DNA from: a virus
Lineage: Duplodnaviria > Caudoviricetes
Virus record (IMG/VR): IMGVR_UViG_3300011008_000016
Location: 1-64,000 of that record
Reading direction: 5' to 3' (one strand)
Length of the DNA: 64,000 nucleotides
A model generated the notes under the pieces. That model did no database searches. It was not told the origin of the DNA and was given only the letters and a program-made list of their open reading frames with translations. The translations under genes and the position numbers were made by a program. This document shows positions 1-11,273 of the stretch, piece by piece; within the stretch, counting starts at the first letter, position 1; every line of letters begins with the position of its first letter.

Positions 1-3000
1 TAACTACATTTCCACCAAGGTTCTTTGCACCATTCCAAAGATTTGATGCAGTATTGGATACACCTGTGACGACTGTCTTACCGGCATTCTTAGCGGCTTC
101 AAGTGCTTTGCCAGGAGCAGCAACAAGCCCCTTAACTGCACCAACTCCACCTTTAACAGCATCAAAACCACGCTTAAACAAGGACGGATTTTTCTTTGAA
201 TTATATTCTGAACGGGATGTAGCTAAATCAGAAGCCTTAAATTCATCAAGAGACATTGCTGTCTGACCAGCTTTTTCTGCGTTCTCTTTGTATGCATTGT
301 ATTCCTCTTCAACGTAATCATGGTATCCCTTGGTAAAATCATCTTGAGCAGCTTTAAGAGCTTCTTTGTCCTCCTCACTGGAGAATAGACCATATGTCCA
401 AGTTGCCGCAACTTTTATAAAATTAAACCCTGCAATTTCTGACGCTAACGTATTAATGAAATCAATAATTGATCCGGCTGTTGTCCCAAGTAATCCCTTA
501 AATACAGAAGCGATTACCCGCATTTTAATATCAGTGTCTTTTGCATCAACTTCAAATAAAGCAGCAGGGTTAGCAGCACCTTCGATAGCCCCATATACAA
601 CAAAGCCAATCTTTAAAACATTAGCAATTTTCTTTAGGAAATTACCAATATCCTTTGCTCTTGCCGCTAATTTTTGTGGATTAAGTAGTGTAGATTTTAT
701 GTTTCCAATGAGGTCTTTGAACATACCGGGTTTAACTTTGATACCAAGCTTCGCACCGGCGGCTGTCAATTTTCCTACCAAAAATTCGATAGCTCCAAGA
801 CCTTTGTCTATAAATGTTTTAATGACTTCATTATTACTAATGGCTCCTATGGCATCATTAGCATAAGATTTAGCAAGAATAGCTGTGTTCTCACCAAATT
901 CCTTTACACCCTGACCAAATGCAGAGTTTGCTATTTTTATACCAGCGGTTTTTACACCAGTAGTTACGGTAGCTGCTGCGTTGTCAACAACTCCCATTGT
1001 TGCACCAGCAATTCTTTGACCAATACCAGCTTCTTTTGCAAGTTCAGTGTAACCGGCAGCTTTTAATCCATTTAAAGCCCTTCCAGATGCAGCAAATCCT
1101 GCAATACCACGACCAATACCAGTAACTGTATCTATAGTTTTTCCGACAGCATTAAACCCAGTACCAGCAATTTTCAAACCGGGAACAACCGCATGTGTTC
1201 CTACAAGTTTAGCAGTTGCTCCAGACATCTGGGTCCAATCGTTACGATTTTCAAACTCTCCAGTTTTTGTATTTATTCTTGTCTTTGTCGGAGTTAAAGC
1301 TGTTTTTATACGATTCTGGTCAATTTGTTCATATATAGGTTTTCCGTTTTCATCAACGGCTAACGTACCATCTTCATTGATTACATGCTGAGTCTGTTTT
1401 CCCTCAACTACGTCATAAATCTGATTGACTTTTTCACCAACGTTATTAACTATTCCTGCGATACCGCCAACTTCTTCAGTTCCCTGAATTACATCTTCAA
1501 GAAGACCTCCCAGTAATCCACTTAACTTCAATTTCTGGGCAATAGTACTAATGAAGTTAGATATTTTGGGAAGATGTTTGATTATTAACGGTAATGCCAG
1601 TAATAACGCACCAGTAATCAAGCCTTTCTTACTGAATATACTACTGAATATATCCTTATGCTCAGTTTGAACTTGGGTTGATTGACCAATCTGTCCAAGT
1701 AACTTTGCACGGAATTCAGTTTCTGCTTTCTCTTTATCAAGAGCAGCAAATCTCTCAAGCATCGTAGCCCGAGAACCCTTATCTACTTGAGCCTGACGAG
1801 CTGCTATTTTCTCAGCAAATGGACTTGGATTATTTCCACCACCAGCTAAGTTTGTAGCAACAGAGGTTCTATTATCATCGTCAGCGAGTGAAGCATCTGA
1901 ACCAATAGCATCATCAGCAGAACCACCACCAGCAAGAGAAGCATCAACCGAAGTATCTCCTACATTGGTATCAACACCCGGCATGAATGCAGACTTAACT
2001 TTGTTAAACGTACTTCTTGCCTTATCACCAGCAGTTTGACCAAAATCAGCCAAATGAGACATCATATCCTTTATGGCACTACCGGCAAACGATTCTACTA
2101 TGACATGAACCGGACCTTCATCTCCAACACCAAATCCACCGGCTAAAGCAGGTCTTAATGGACGTACTGAACTAAATCCTCCAGAACCACCAAGTAGATT
2201 ATCAACAGGGCTTTCAGAACCACCCGTTCTTGGTATTTTCTTAACACTGGCAACGACTTTTACTAAGTCAAGTTTACCACTGTCAACAATGACATGCATT
2301 GGTCCTTTGTTAAAGAGACCGCCAGGTTTTCCAAGGTTTCCAAGGAGTTTAAATGGAGCAGAAACAACAGTACCTGCCGCATTTAATGCACCTTTTCCAA
2401 CAAATTTGGCACCTTTCCAAAGTCCTTTTAATACATCTCCACCAATAACACCAGCAGCAGATAATATACCACCAAGACCTTGCATAGCCCCACCAAGGAG
2501 TGCACCAAAGCCTTTAGAAGCCTCTACTAAAGTATTACCAACGGATTTTACACCATCGACAAGTAATATACCACCAGCTTTAATACCAGTTGTAATTAGA
2601 GAAGCACCAGCTTTAACAGCTTCTCCAAGTGCAGGTAACATAGACCGTACAGCAGATAATCCAGTATGAATGATATCGAGAGGTAATCTCACAATATCGC
2701 CAACCAGGTCGCCAATACCTTTAAGTGCTTTACCAAAACCTTTTACAATTCCAGTTACACCGGTTGCAATAGCTTTTCCAGCACCTTTGATACCATCAAC
2801 AACGCCTCTAACTGCATTTCCAACCATTCTAAATGGAGCAGTAATAATATCCTTAATGGCTTTAAACGGTCGATTAAGCATTGTACGAAGTTTTCCAAAG
2901 AATCCAACGTACTCCTTATTATTGTCACCCTTTATATCATCATCAGACATATTGTTGAGTTTCAACATCATCCGATAAATCTTGTTGACGTTACTACCAA

Positions 3001-6000
3001 CACCATTTAACTGACCATATACAGAATCCGTTATCTTACTAACGTCTTCATATATCTTCTGAACAAATGATTTCTTCTTGTCTCCTTCTTCACCAGCTTC
3101 GCCAGTAGAAGAAGAACCACCTCTTGCTTCTGCAATACGAGAAATCATATCATGAATTCTACTAAGAATTCCTAATGAACTATCATCGGACTCATCACCG
3201 ATAATTGGTCCAGAGGTTTGAGTTTCCTTTGTATTTACACGAGTCTGATTCTGATTAGCTCGTTTTTGTCTCTTCTTCTGCCTTCTACTAAGCTTAGTAC
3301 GTTTCTTCTTTTTCTTCGAAGAACCAGTTTGTGTACTTGTCTCAGTTTCATCCTCATCGGAATCAGTTTCAACTGGTTTTGTATTAACAGAAGAATTATT
3401 GTTAGATGAAGTATTTGCTCCTAACTTATTAGCTATAGATTCAACAAGCCCATTTATTGTATCAAGAACAGCAGTCTGTCTACTGATTTCTGTTGTCTGT
3501 TCATCAACGGCTTCAGTAACTTCAGTAGTAGGTTCTTCTGTAGCAGCTCCTTCAGCTTTTGTCTTTGCAGCTTCTTCTCTCTTGCGTTTCTCTTCTTCCA
3601 GTTTCTTACGTGGCGTAGTTAAAGAACGGAAAAATTCTCTTATACCACTACGTTTTCCACCTTCTGTATCTTCGCCATTTTGAATAGCTGCAATTTTAGC
3701 TTCACGTTCTGCTTTTCTCTTAGCTAACTCTTCATCTTCATCAAACCAATGTCCTTTGGTTTTGTCATACCAGGCACCTTTCTCACCAAACTGAGCATTG
3801 ACACGAGATTCCTGGTCTTCAAGTTTCTCTCGTCTATCTTTCCGTGCAGCAAGATAATCTCTACCCTTCCCCGGAAGTTGTTTAAGAGCACCTATTGCAT
3901 TTCCAATAAATCCCTTATTTGGATCTTTATCAAAATGCAAAATATTACCAACTTTGGTTTTATATTCGCCTTCTACCTCATCAACGTAACTCTGTTCACC
4001 ACGTTTCCTCTGATTATTATAAGCCCCACGAGCTGCGGCACCAATTACTTTGAAAGGAGCAGACAATACGCTACCAATGATTTTACCCAACCCACCAAAG
4101 AAACCATGTAGCATTTTCTTTAATGGATCAAGGAAATGTTCTTTAATAGCATCTCCAATAGGACCGGTTACATGAGTATGGAAAGCTTCCTTAATAGAAT
4201 CGAATACTCCCTTAATCTTATCTTTGACAACACCACCTATATATTTTGCTTCTGTAATAAGTGGCATCATTGCCTTCTTAAAAGGCGTGGCCATATGTTC
4301 ATCTACAAAACCAAGAATCTTAATTTGAGCGACTCTCGTAGCTTTTCCTAAAGGTTCAAAAATCTCTTTATCAATAAATCCAGTGAATTTACCAAGTACA
4401 CCACCTTGTCGTTTACCGTCTTCTTCCTTTCCAAAGAACCAATCCTTGAACTTATTAGAAGCCAAGCCAACAGAAGTAGCCGAACCAAGTAAAGCTCCAA
4501 GTATAGGACCACCCGGTAAAAAGAATGAACCTAATACACCAACACCAGCTCCAATACCAGCATCTATTCCGAGAGTCTTTAAGTCCTTATCTTTTCCAAA
4601 TAACTCTTTGAGCTTCTTAGCAATACCACCGGTAGGATTATCTTTATCACCACCATCACCATAGAGCAATTTATTAAACGACTCTGATTTGGTAGCAAGA
4701 CTTACTGCACCACCAATAAGTGCTCCACCGATTGGACCCCCTGGTACAAAAAATGAAGGAATAAGTCCAAAACCTGCGGCAAGACCAACACCGGCTCCAA
4801 TACCGATACCCATCTTATTCTGCTTAAAGAAATCTTGGAATTCTTTTGTAATTAAACCACCAGTACTTTCACCAGTTTCTGGATCTTCTGGTCCAAATAA
4901 CAGATTCTGAATTGCAGTAGACTTTGTAGCAATACCAATACCAGCGCCCAGGATAGCTCCACCGATTGGACCACCTGGTAAAAATAAAGAACCAAGTAAT
5001 CCCATATGTCCACCAAGTACCATAGTTCCAATAGAACCAAGTACAGCAGATGCACCGATAAAGCCTTTCTGACCTTTCATATCTTCTTTGAACTGGTCTA
5101 CAAATTCTTTTGAACCCGAATATTGTCCAAAAATTGTATCAGAAAACTCTTTTCCTCTCTCCTGAATACGATGATAGATTGCATCCATTCCAGTTGCAAG
5201 TCTTGTACCAAGAGATTCTTTTGGTTTACTGGCATCCAGACCAACAGCCTTTGCAATATTCTCAGTAGTGGTACGGAACATCCGTTTCATATTACCAAGA
5301 ACACTTTCATCAGGCTCTATAATCTTTCCGTTAGAACCACGTTTTCCAAGGATACCCTCTTTAACGTGAGTGCCAATATCCTTTAAAGAGTTTGCTGTCT
5401 CACTGAATAATCCGCCAGAATAAGTTCCGTTTTCATTTGTTCCGAGGAAAAATGTACTGGCTTTCTTTGTAATATCCTTAAATGTCTCTGAGATTTTCTT
5501 CCATAATTCGGTCTCTTTTATTTTCTTTATAAGACCTTCTTCTCCAAATAATGCTTCGTTCAAAGGTTCTAAGACCTTTGCATCAATGAACGATGAGAAC
5601 TTGATAAATCCAGCTTTCATCGTATTAACTGTCTTATCAAAAAGAGCTTTAACCCCTTTGTGACCATCAGTATTGCCAAAGACAATATCGAACAGTAAAT
5701 TATCTGCTGTTTGTACAACATCTTTTACTTTACCGGTACCCTGATTAACTGCATTCTGCATATTTTCAAGGAGTTTTCTGGCACCAGAATCTTTAGGTAG
5801 CCAATTTGTAAGTTTACCGATAAATCCAGCGTCATTCTTTACGTCATCAGTCTTCTGTCTATGGTAATCTTTGGCACGAGCCTCCATTTGAGCAATACCA
5901 GCTTCATCTAAATCCAGTTTGCCCTTAGCAATATCATTTGCTTTCTTCTCATCTGTATATGTAGTTACATTTGCTTTAGGGGTATCTCTTTTAACTTTAT

Positions 6001-8137
6001 CGGAATCATTAGTAAATTGACCCTTAACTGAATTAATTCTATCATTGATTGCATTTATCCGTGTAGTATCAGCATTTGTACCACCAGATAATGAACCACT
6101 GACCGGAACTACATATATACCAGTATTAAGTGTCTTGAGAATTTCACGAAGATAATGGTTCTGATTATGACCATATTTATCAATAACACCAGCACCAACT
6201 CCTCCAGTTACTCCACGAATTTTGGTTTTATCACCTTCATAGTAACTAAGATGAGAGTCTGTACCAATATTACCTCGTTTACCATTCCCCTTCGAATCGT
6301 GAGCCGATGCATGTGTTCCAAGTCCAGTATCGATATACTGAGTATTATATTTAATCCAATCCTGTTGTTCTTCTCTATTATGCTTATCAATGGCAGCTCT
6401 CTGCTCTTGTCTTGTGGAATTAAACCATCTGGTTAAATCAGAGTTTCTAACACCCCTCATTGAACCGAAAAATGCGGTAGCTAATTGTCTGAAAGTATCC
6501 TGTTCATTTTTACCGCCAGTAAGATACTGCATATCCTCGGATTTAAACGGATTTCTTCCACCGAATTCATCCAAGACAAGACGCTGAGTGAGTTTCTGCA
6601 TCTCATCAGCATATTTTTCAAGTTCTTCTTTTCCTATCGCTGCATTCTGAGATATGAACTCCTTGAAATCAGATTGCATATCAGAATACATTGAAGTTTC
6701 TCTTCGTAATTTATCCTTTTGATATCTTTCTTCTATCTCTCTAACTGTTTCCCATTTACCCGTATCATAATTGAATCCGATTTCCTCTGTTCCACTTATG
6801 GAGGCATTTATTTTCCGAAGTAGGGTGGGAATGACATTTGTAAGTGCCTGATGATCTGTACCAGACCAAGACATTGCTCCCTTATTATAGGCACTCTTAT
6901 CAACACTCTTCAAGGTAATTTTGTTATTTACACCGAATATCTTTCCGATTGCTGATAGTATAGGGTTATCTGAACGCTGTAACCCAGATAATTGACTGAG
7001 AAAACCTATTCCTGTTTCTTTGACCTGATTATCAAACTCTGTAAGAATCGATTTTACAGTCGCAGGAATCAACTGTTTTGTAACTGCTTTTGGTATGAAC
7101 GAAAGTGGATTCTGAGCCATCATTTTCAGAGTCTCTTTATTATCCGCCATGAATTTAAGCTGTGAAAGGAACATGTTGCTATCAACATACTGACCAAACT
7201 GTTTCTTTACTAAGCTCATGTAGCTATTTGCATCAACCGCACCACCAGATGAAAACATATCCATTACGTTATTATAATCTTTAAACGTTCTGGTATTCAC
7301 CTGAGTATTGGGAGCTTGCAGTTTAATTTGCTCAAGTATCTGCGTTTGAAGAGCAATACTATCTTCGTAGTATTTAGCAGATAAAGTAGAGAATCTTGAT
7401 AAAGTCTCTACACCAGTAGTCGATATGGTCGTAATATTATCGTTGATAGATGTTAAAGATGCATTGATTTCATTGCGAATATTACCAAGCATACCAAGGG
7501 TAGCTCTCGCATTCGCATTGTTATAATCCACAACAGTCTTACCAACATTGACCATTGTCTCTGTTTGATATGCAGTTGTTTGTACAAGTACACTATCAGG
7601 ACCAATATCAGTATTGACATTGATACTTGTTGTTTCATTGCCATGACCGGTTTTTCTACTAAATGTAGCAACCGCTGAACCATCAGAAGATTCTACTGAC
7701 GAATCAAACCCCATATCGTCTTCGCCGAAGTCGAAGTTTTCTTCTCCAAAATCTCCCATGTCCATCATGTCGTCATTCATATCATCGAAGAACTTGTCTG
7801 CTCGTTCTTTATTATAGAACTTACCAGATTTCAAATCTTCGAGTGAATTTTTGAAGACTTCACGACCAAGATTGAAATAATAATTTTTATCAATCGCCGT
7901 TCTTAACGCACGATCAGAAGCACGGGACTTTTTCATAGACTCTGCTATGTCTTTTCCCGTGGTAGCCGTTACTTTTGCCGCATCAATTGTTGACGGCAAA
8001 AGTTCTTGTAAAACGTCGAACGTTGAAAAGCCTATAGACTTTGCAACATTACCAAGCCATGAACCTGCTTTTTGCGGAACAGACTTTTTCTTAGAAGATG
8101 AACCTTTGACGTACTTACTAAGGCTATTCTTAGGCAT
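1..8137 (-). CDS. Giant tape-measure-like tail protein (>2700 aa), truncated by the window edge
   Basis: Absent from the ORF track, presumably because it has no stop in the window. ATG at 8137 after GAAAGGAGG (MPKNSLSKYVKG...); the same frame reads ...WNGAKNLGGNVV at base 2. Gly/Ala-rich repeats (PGGPIGGAILG-like) as in jumbo-phage tape measures. The frame was checked at both ends and at sampled internal points, not codon by codon. Confidence 0.75.
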   Translation of the reverse strand, partial: MPKNSLSKYVKGSSSKKKSVPQKAGSWLGNVAKSIGFSTFDVLQELLPSTIDAAKVTATTGKDIAESMKKSRASDRALRTAIDKNYYFNLGREVFKNSLEDLKSGKFYNKERADKFFDDMNDDMMDMGDFGEENFDFGEDDMGFDSSVESSDGSAVATFSRKTGHGNETTSINVNTDIGPDSVLVQTTAYQTETMVNVGKTVVDYNNANARATLGMLGNIRNEINASLTSINDNITTISTTGVETLSRFSTLSAKYYEDSIALQTQILEQIKLQAPNTQVNTRTFKDYNNVMDMFSSGGAVDANSYMSLVKKQFGQYVDSNMFLSQLKFMADNKETLKMMAQNPLSFIPKAVTKQLIPATVKSILTEFDNQVKETGIGFLSQLSGLQRSDNPILSAIGKIFGVNNKITLKSVDKSAYNKGAMSWSGTDHQALTNVIPTLLRKINASISGTEEIGFNYDTGKWETVREIEERYQKDKLRRETSMYSDMQSDFKEFISQNAAIGKEELEKYADEMQKLTQRLVLDEFGGRNPFKSEDMQYLTGGKNEQDTFRQLATAFFGSMRGVRNSDLTRWFNSTRQEQRAAIDKHNREEQQDWIKYNTQYIDTGLGTHASAHDSKGNGKRGNIGTDSHLSYYEGDKTKIRGVTGGVGAGVIDKYGHNQNHYLREILKTLNTGIYVVPVSGSLSGGTNADTTRINAINDRINSVKGQFTNDSDKVKRDTPKANVTTYTDEKKANDIAKGKLDLDEAGIAQMEARAKDYHRQKTDDVKNDAGFIGKLTNWLPKDSGARKLLENMQNAVNQGTGKVKDVVQTADNLLFDIVFGNTDGHKGVKALFDKTVNTMKAGFIKFSSFIDAKVLEPLNEALFGEEGLIKKIKETELWKKISETFKDITKKASTFFLGTNENGTYSGGLFSETANSLKDIGTHVKEGILGKRGSNGKIIEPDESVLGNMKRMFRTTTENIAKAVGLDASKPKESLGTRLATGMDAIYHRIQERGKEFSDTIFGQYSGSKEFVDQFKEDMKGQKGFIGASAVLGSIGTMVLGGHMGLLGSLFLPGGPIGGAILGAGIGIATKSTAIQNLLFGPEDPETGESTGGLITKEFQDFFKQNKMGIGIGAGVGLAAGFGLIPSFFVPGGPIGGALIGGAVSLATKSESFNKLLYGDGGDKDNPTGGIAKKLKELFGKDKDLKTLGIDAGIGAGVGVLGSFFLPGGPILGALLGSATSVGLASNKFKDWFFGKEEDGKRQGGVLGKFTGFIDKEIFEPLGKATRVAQIKILGFVDEHMATPFKKAMMPLITEAKYIGGVVKDKIKGVFDSIKEAFHTHVTGPIGDAIKEHFLDPLKKMLHGFFGGLGKIIGSVLSAPFKVIGAAARGAYNNQRKRGEQSYVDEVEGEYKTKVGNILHFDKDPNKGFIGNAIGALKQLPGKGRDYLAARKDRREKLEDQESRVNAQFGEKGAWYDKTKGHWFDEDEELAKRKAEREAKIAAIQNGEDTEGGKRSGIREFFRSLTTPRKKLEEEKRKREEAAKTKAEGAATEEPTTEVTEAVDEQTTEISRQTAVLDTINGLVESIANKLGANTSSNNNSSVNTKPVETDSDEDETETSTQTGSSKKKKKRTKLSRRQKKRQKRANQNQTRVNTKETQTSGPIIGDESDDSSLGILSRIHDMISRIAEARGGSSSTGEAGEEGDKKKSFVQKIYEDVSKITDSVYGQLNGVGSNVNKIYRMMLKLNNMSDDDIKGDNNKEYVGFFGKLRTMLNRPFKAIKDIITAPFRMVGNAVRGVVDGIKGAGKAIATGVTGIVKGFGKALKGIGDLVGDIVRLPLDIIHTGLSAVRSMLPALGEAVKAGASLITTGIKAGGILLVDGVKSVGNTLVEASKGFGALLGGAMQGLGGILSAAGVIGGDVLKGLWKGAKFVGKGALNAAGTVVSAPFKLLGNLGKPGGLFNKGPMHVIVDSGKLDLVKVVASVKKIPRTGGSESPVDNLLGGSGGFSSVRPLRPALAGGFGVGDEGPVHVIVESFAGSAIKDMMSHLADFGQTAGDKARSTFNKVKSAFMPGVDTNVGDTSVDASLAGGGSADDAIGSDASLADDDNRTSVATNLAGGGNNPSPFAEKIAARQAQVDKGSRATMLERFAALDKEKAETEFRAKLLGQIGQSTQVQTEHKDIFSSIFSKKGLITGALLLALPLIIKHLPKISNFISTIAQKLKLSGLLGGLLEDVIQGTEEVGGIAGIVNNVGEKVNQIYDVVEGKQTQHVINEDGTLAVDENGKPIYEQIDQNRIKTALTPTKTRINTKTGEFENRNDWTQMSGATAKLVGTHAVVPGLKIAGTGFNAVGKTIDTVTGIGRGIAGFAASGRALNGLKAAGYTELAKEAGIGQRIAGATMGVVDNAAATVTTGVKTAGIKIANSAFGQGVKEFGENTAILAKSYANDAIGAISNNEVIKTFIDKGLGAIEFLVGKLTAAGAKLGIKVKPGMFKDLIGNIKSTLLNPQKLAARAKDIGNFLKKIANVLKIGFVVYGAIEGAANPAALFEVDAKDTDIKMRVIASVFKGLLGTTAGSIIDFINTLASEIAGFNFIKVAATWTYGLFSSEEDKEALKAAQDDFTKGYHDYVEEEYNAYKENAEKAGQTAMSLDEFKASDLATSRSEYNSKKNPSLFKRGFDAVKGGVGAVKGLVAAPGKALEAAKNAGKTVVTGVSNTASNLWNGAKNLGGNVV

Positions 8138-8230
8138 TAGTAGCACCTCCTTTCTTAGAATTTACCTTATTGTGAAAATATAAAACCCTAAGAACAATCG
8201 TAAAAATCTATTTGGGACGGTAATAATTAC

Positions 8231-8238
8231 TATATTAA
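8231..8238 (+). promoter_or_regulatory. Early-type promoter motif TATATTAA (representative copy)
   Basis: Recurs upstream of at least 11 genes in the sense orientation. Confidence 0.6.
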
Positions 8239-8281
8239 ACATACAGATACAATGAAAACCATACATTAAGGAGGAATTACT

Positions 8282-8992
8282 ATGAAAGAATTTTCTGTTG
8301 TGGAGAACGTGGTACCATTAGTTGAGGAAACACTAACTAATGGAGAAGTCATCAAGCTTATCAAGATGGGTTTGTATGACACTCGGACAGGTCCAGTACT
8401 TTTGGACAACGTCGAATATACATCATGGGAAGGAAATATTCATTACGGTGTTTTGGTATCGACCAAGCACCCAGATGGGACAACAGGTGACGATTATTTC
8501 ATGGAACGGACTTGGACAAAGGTCAAGGACTGTGGGACTTATTGGTTATGCTCACCAACCTATCACAAGCTACTTCCCGTGATGCTTCACCACAAAGATA
8601 ATCCAGAGAAATTTGGCACCATCCCCTATCTTGTAGCCGATATTATCAAGAAATGTTACTTTGATAACGTATATATTGATGAGGTAAGGGGGCTGAGTGT
8701 CAACGATGTGATTGGATATAGGAGTTTCAAAAAGAGTGATAAGGAGTGTGAAGAATATCAGAAAAAGAAAGAGGCATTAAAGGAATCTTTTATCAGTGGT
8801 GACGGTGTCCCGGCTGGTGATGAACGTTGGGATAATCTTTTGCTTGGAGACAAGAAAGATATGTTATACGTATTCGATGTACTCAGGCTCCGTGGTCATA
8901 ATATTGGTCTTGATGGTGAAAAAGACTCCTTCGGATGGGTAACATGTGGTATTGTCATGGATGGAGAACTCATGACAACAATGTACTTTTAA
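8282..8992 (+). CDS. Hypothetical protein (236 aa)
   Basis: ORF with AAGGAGG RBS and TATATTAA motif upstream. Confidence 0.8.
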   Translation: MKEFSVVENVVPLVEETLTNGEVIKLIKMGLYDTRTGPVLLDNVEYTSWEGNIHYGVLVSTKHPDGTTGDDYFMERTWTKVKDCGTYWLCSPTYHKLLPVMLHHKDNPEKFGTIPYLVADIIKKCYFDNVYIDEVRGLSVNDVIGYRSFKKSDKECEEYQKKKEALKESFISGDGVPAGDERWDNLLLGDKKDMLYVFDVLRLRGHNIGLDGEKDSFGWVTCGIVMDGELMTTMYF

Positions 8993-9001
8993 GGAGAAAA
9001 T

Positions 9002-9181
9002 ATGACAGAAACAAAGCGAGTAAACCCCGTCTCATCTATAGAGTTGACTCATAATTCATTAGATGATCACGTCTGCGGAAATAAGAGACCCATAGAGGAA
9101 ATAAAGAAAAGAAAAACTGGGTTTCAAGCATTACTTGATTCCGAGATAGCAAAACTGAATAGTGGGGTAACTTTGCGATAA
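9002..9181 (+). CDS. Small hypothetical protein (59 aa, MTETKRVNPV...)
   Basis: AAGGAG RBS; follows 8282..8992 and precedes a terminator; below the ORF-track size cutoff. Confidence 0.55.
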   Translation: MTETKRVNPVSSIELTHNSLDDHVCGNKRPIEEIKKRKTGFQALLDSEIAKLNSGVTLR

Positions 9182-9205
9182 CATTCAAATAATCGCAAAG
9201 TTCGT

Positions 9206-9250
9206 ATGGAGGGCGACTGGTGAAAATCCTGCCGCCCTCCATTATTTTTT
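9206..9250 (+). terminator. Intrinsic terminator
   Basis: ATGGAGGGCG...CGCCCTCCAT stem followed by a T-run. Confidence 0.8.
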
Positions 9251-9274
9251 GTATGCTCCTATCAAGAAGTATAC

Positions 9275-9326
9275 AAAAAAGGAAAAGGGTAACCAGAAGT
9301 TTTACACTTTCTGGTTACCCTTTTCT
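9275..9326 (-). terminator. Intrinsic terminator
   Basis: GAAAAGGGTAACCAGAA/TTCTGGTTACCCTTTTC inverted repeat between convergent genes. Confidence 0.8.
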
Positions 9327-9388
9327 AACTGTGGCACCTTAACAACTAACTATTAGAGGTTTCTATGGCATATCAAACCGGCAGTCTG

Positions 9389-9910
9389 TTAGATATTCGT
9401 CCTGAGATTCTTAGGGCACGTAGACTTTGCCTTGAGCTTCTTATAAGCCCCCTGCCGCTGCTTGTGTGTCTCATTTGATCCAGGTACACGTACATCCTTA
9501 ACAGTAGCCGCAACGGTTTCCATACCAAGCGCTGCCTGGAAATCGTCCTGACGTGCAAACGGGAAGTTCTTGCCGAGTTCAAGATATTCACGCAGAGAGC
9601 TCTCGACATAATCGTACATAGGGAGCACCGGGAACTGGTGCTCATTCACGAGCCTCTCCTGCTCAGCCGAATCACATCCTGCACTCTTCGCAATCGATCC
9701 GATAATACTCTTCCGGAGATCCGCCACCGGAGTTGTTGTCTCTTCCTTCAGTTCACCGCCCTTATTCTTGAGTTCCTTCTTTTCGTAACCCGCATCGTTC
9801 AGCATTGCCGTACTGAGAACGTTGAAATAGGTTTCGTTGAAGGTCTTCTTCTGAGTGCTTGCGGAAATCTCGTCCACAAGCTTCTTTTTTGCTTCTGCAA
9901 ATTTACCCAT
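9389..9910 (-). CDS. Hypothetical protein, possibly HU-like DNA-binding
   Basis: 173 aa, good RBS; basic C-terminus VKDVRVPGSNETHKQRQGAYKKLKAK loosely resembles the HU/IHF beta-arm. Confidence 0.5.
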   Translation of the reverse strand: MGKFAEAKKKLVDEISASTQKKTFNETYFNVLSTAMLNDAGYEKKELKNKGGELKEETTTPVADLRKSIIGSIAKSAGCDSAEQERLVNEHQFPVLPMYDYVESSLREYLELGKNFPFARQDDFQAALGMETVAATVKDVRVPGSNETHKQRQGAYKKLKAKSTCPKNLRTNI

Positions 9911-10063
9911 GATTAGTTCCTCCTTTTAAAAAGAATTATTGGTTTTCGGGTTTACTACAATGTGAAATTGCGAAAAGTTATATCACACGTATTCAGCCCG
10001 ATATTTATTAAATAGTTATCGCCGTTTTCAAAATATATCCGAAAATAACGATAACAAATTTAA

Positions 10064-10654
10064 TCAAAAGTTCATGATGGTAAAATGACCAGATCCATAA
10101 TGGACATTATAATCTGGTCCACCATCAATTTCATCGAAAACTCGCTGGTCTTCTTCCCTGATTGTTACATCAACATCTGCATCATCCAACGAACCATAGG
10201 TCGTACCATTGAATGTAATACTGTATTCACAACCATCACATAATCCATTTATTCTGTCTCGACAGGATTCGCAATCTTCACAAACATCACACTCCTCAGG
10301 TTTATATTTGCTATCAAATCCTACTTTTACACAATACTCGCAGACATATGGTTCATCTGAATCATCTATCAAATCTTCGTCGTTATAAACGAAAATACCT
10401 CTTTCAATATTCGATAGATGTTTCTCACAATTTGCACATTTAGAACGATCGCCTGCTCCATACTCAGAAAGATCAACACCTTTAGCTTCAAGACGTGCTC
10501 TCCGGAACTTATTGATTCTCTCCTTTGTTTTAGAATCGAATAAAGCCTTTCTCATGTGAGTTTCTATACCGTTTTCTCGTTGAGCTTCGAGCAATGTATC
10601 AATAACGGCATCTACGTCTTTACTTCTTGCTTCGAATGCCTTCGATATTGCCAT
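10064..10654 (-). CDS. Cys-rich putative metal-binding protein
   Basis: CANC, CEYC, CDVCEDCESC and CDGC motifs; AAGGAGG RBS. Confidence 0.65.
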   Translation of the reverse strand: MAISKAFEARSKDVDAVIDTLLEAQRENGIETHMRKALFDSKTKERINKFRRARLEAKGVDLSEYGAGDRSKCANCEKHLSNIERGIFVYNDEDLIDDSDEPYVCEYCVKVGFDSKYKPEECDVCEDCESCRDRINGLCDGCEYSITFNGTTYGSLDDADVDVTIREEDQRVFDEIDGGPDYNVHYGSGHFTIMNF

Positions 10655-10760
10655 ATCATAAAACCTCCTTATTAGATTGATACAAGCTTAATATATAAGC
10701 CAAATAAGAACGGGAGTTTTGTCATTACTCCCGTTCCATTTTAATTAATAGCAACGTTTA

Positions 10761-11273
10761 TTATCTATATACTGTCGCTATGGTGTTATCATCGTTAGAA
10801 TCATTTGTATGGGATGGCTTTGCCTTAGCATACGGTTTCTTCCGGTTGGCAGTTTCTTTGATAGTTTCCACCAAACTTGTAATAGTACGATCAAACACCA
10901 GATGAGCATTCTCAGCTACGTGATGTGGATGAAATTCCCCTCGTCTAAATCGCTCCTTCTCCTCATCCGTTTCAAGAAAGTTCTCATACATATCGTGTAG
11001 TGCTGGAGTACGGACGATATACCTTACAATTTCATTCATTTGATCAAATGCTGTCTGGTATTTGTCACTATTGATATCAGAATCCGTCTTACAATTGCCA
11101 TTACAGACACAACCAAAACCATTGATAATACTTACATAGTAAGAATCTTCCGTACAATCTGTAACAACCAAATCAAACGGACTATTCTCCATCTCTCGTT
11201 CGAGTAAATCCATAACCTTTTGATATTGGTTTTTATACAGCCGAAATTCTCCTATTGCATGATGTATCCGCAT
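10761..11273 (-). CDS. Hypothetical protein (170 aa)
   Basis: ORF with GGAGG RBS, followed by terminator hairpin 10708-10737. Confidence 0.75.
   Translation of the reverse strand: MRIHHAIGEFRLYKNQYQKVMDLLEREMENSPFDLVVTDCTEDSYYVSIINGFGCVCNGNCKTDSDINSDKYQTAFDQMNEIVRYIVRTPALHDMYENFLETDEEKERFRRGEFHPHHVAENAHLVFDRTITSLVETIKETANRKKPYAKAKPSHTNDSNDDNTIATVYR

Noticed and set aside
54-8183. Many + strand ORFs in the ORF track
   Set aside because: Antisense shadows of the giant minus-strand gene; no RBS. The same applies to small ORFs nested in the RNAP, chaperonin, nrdD, polB and sheath genes.
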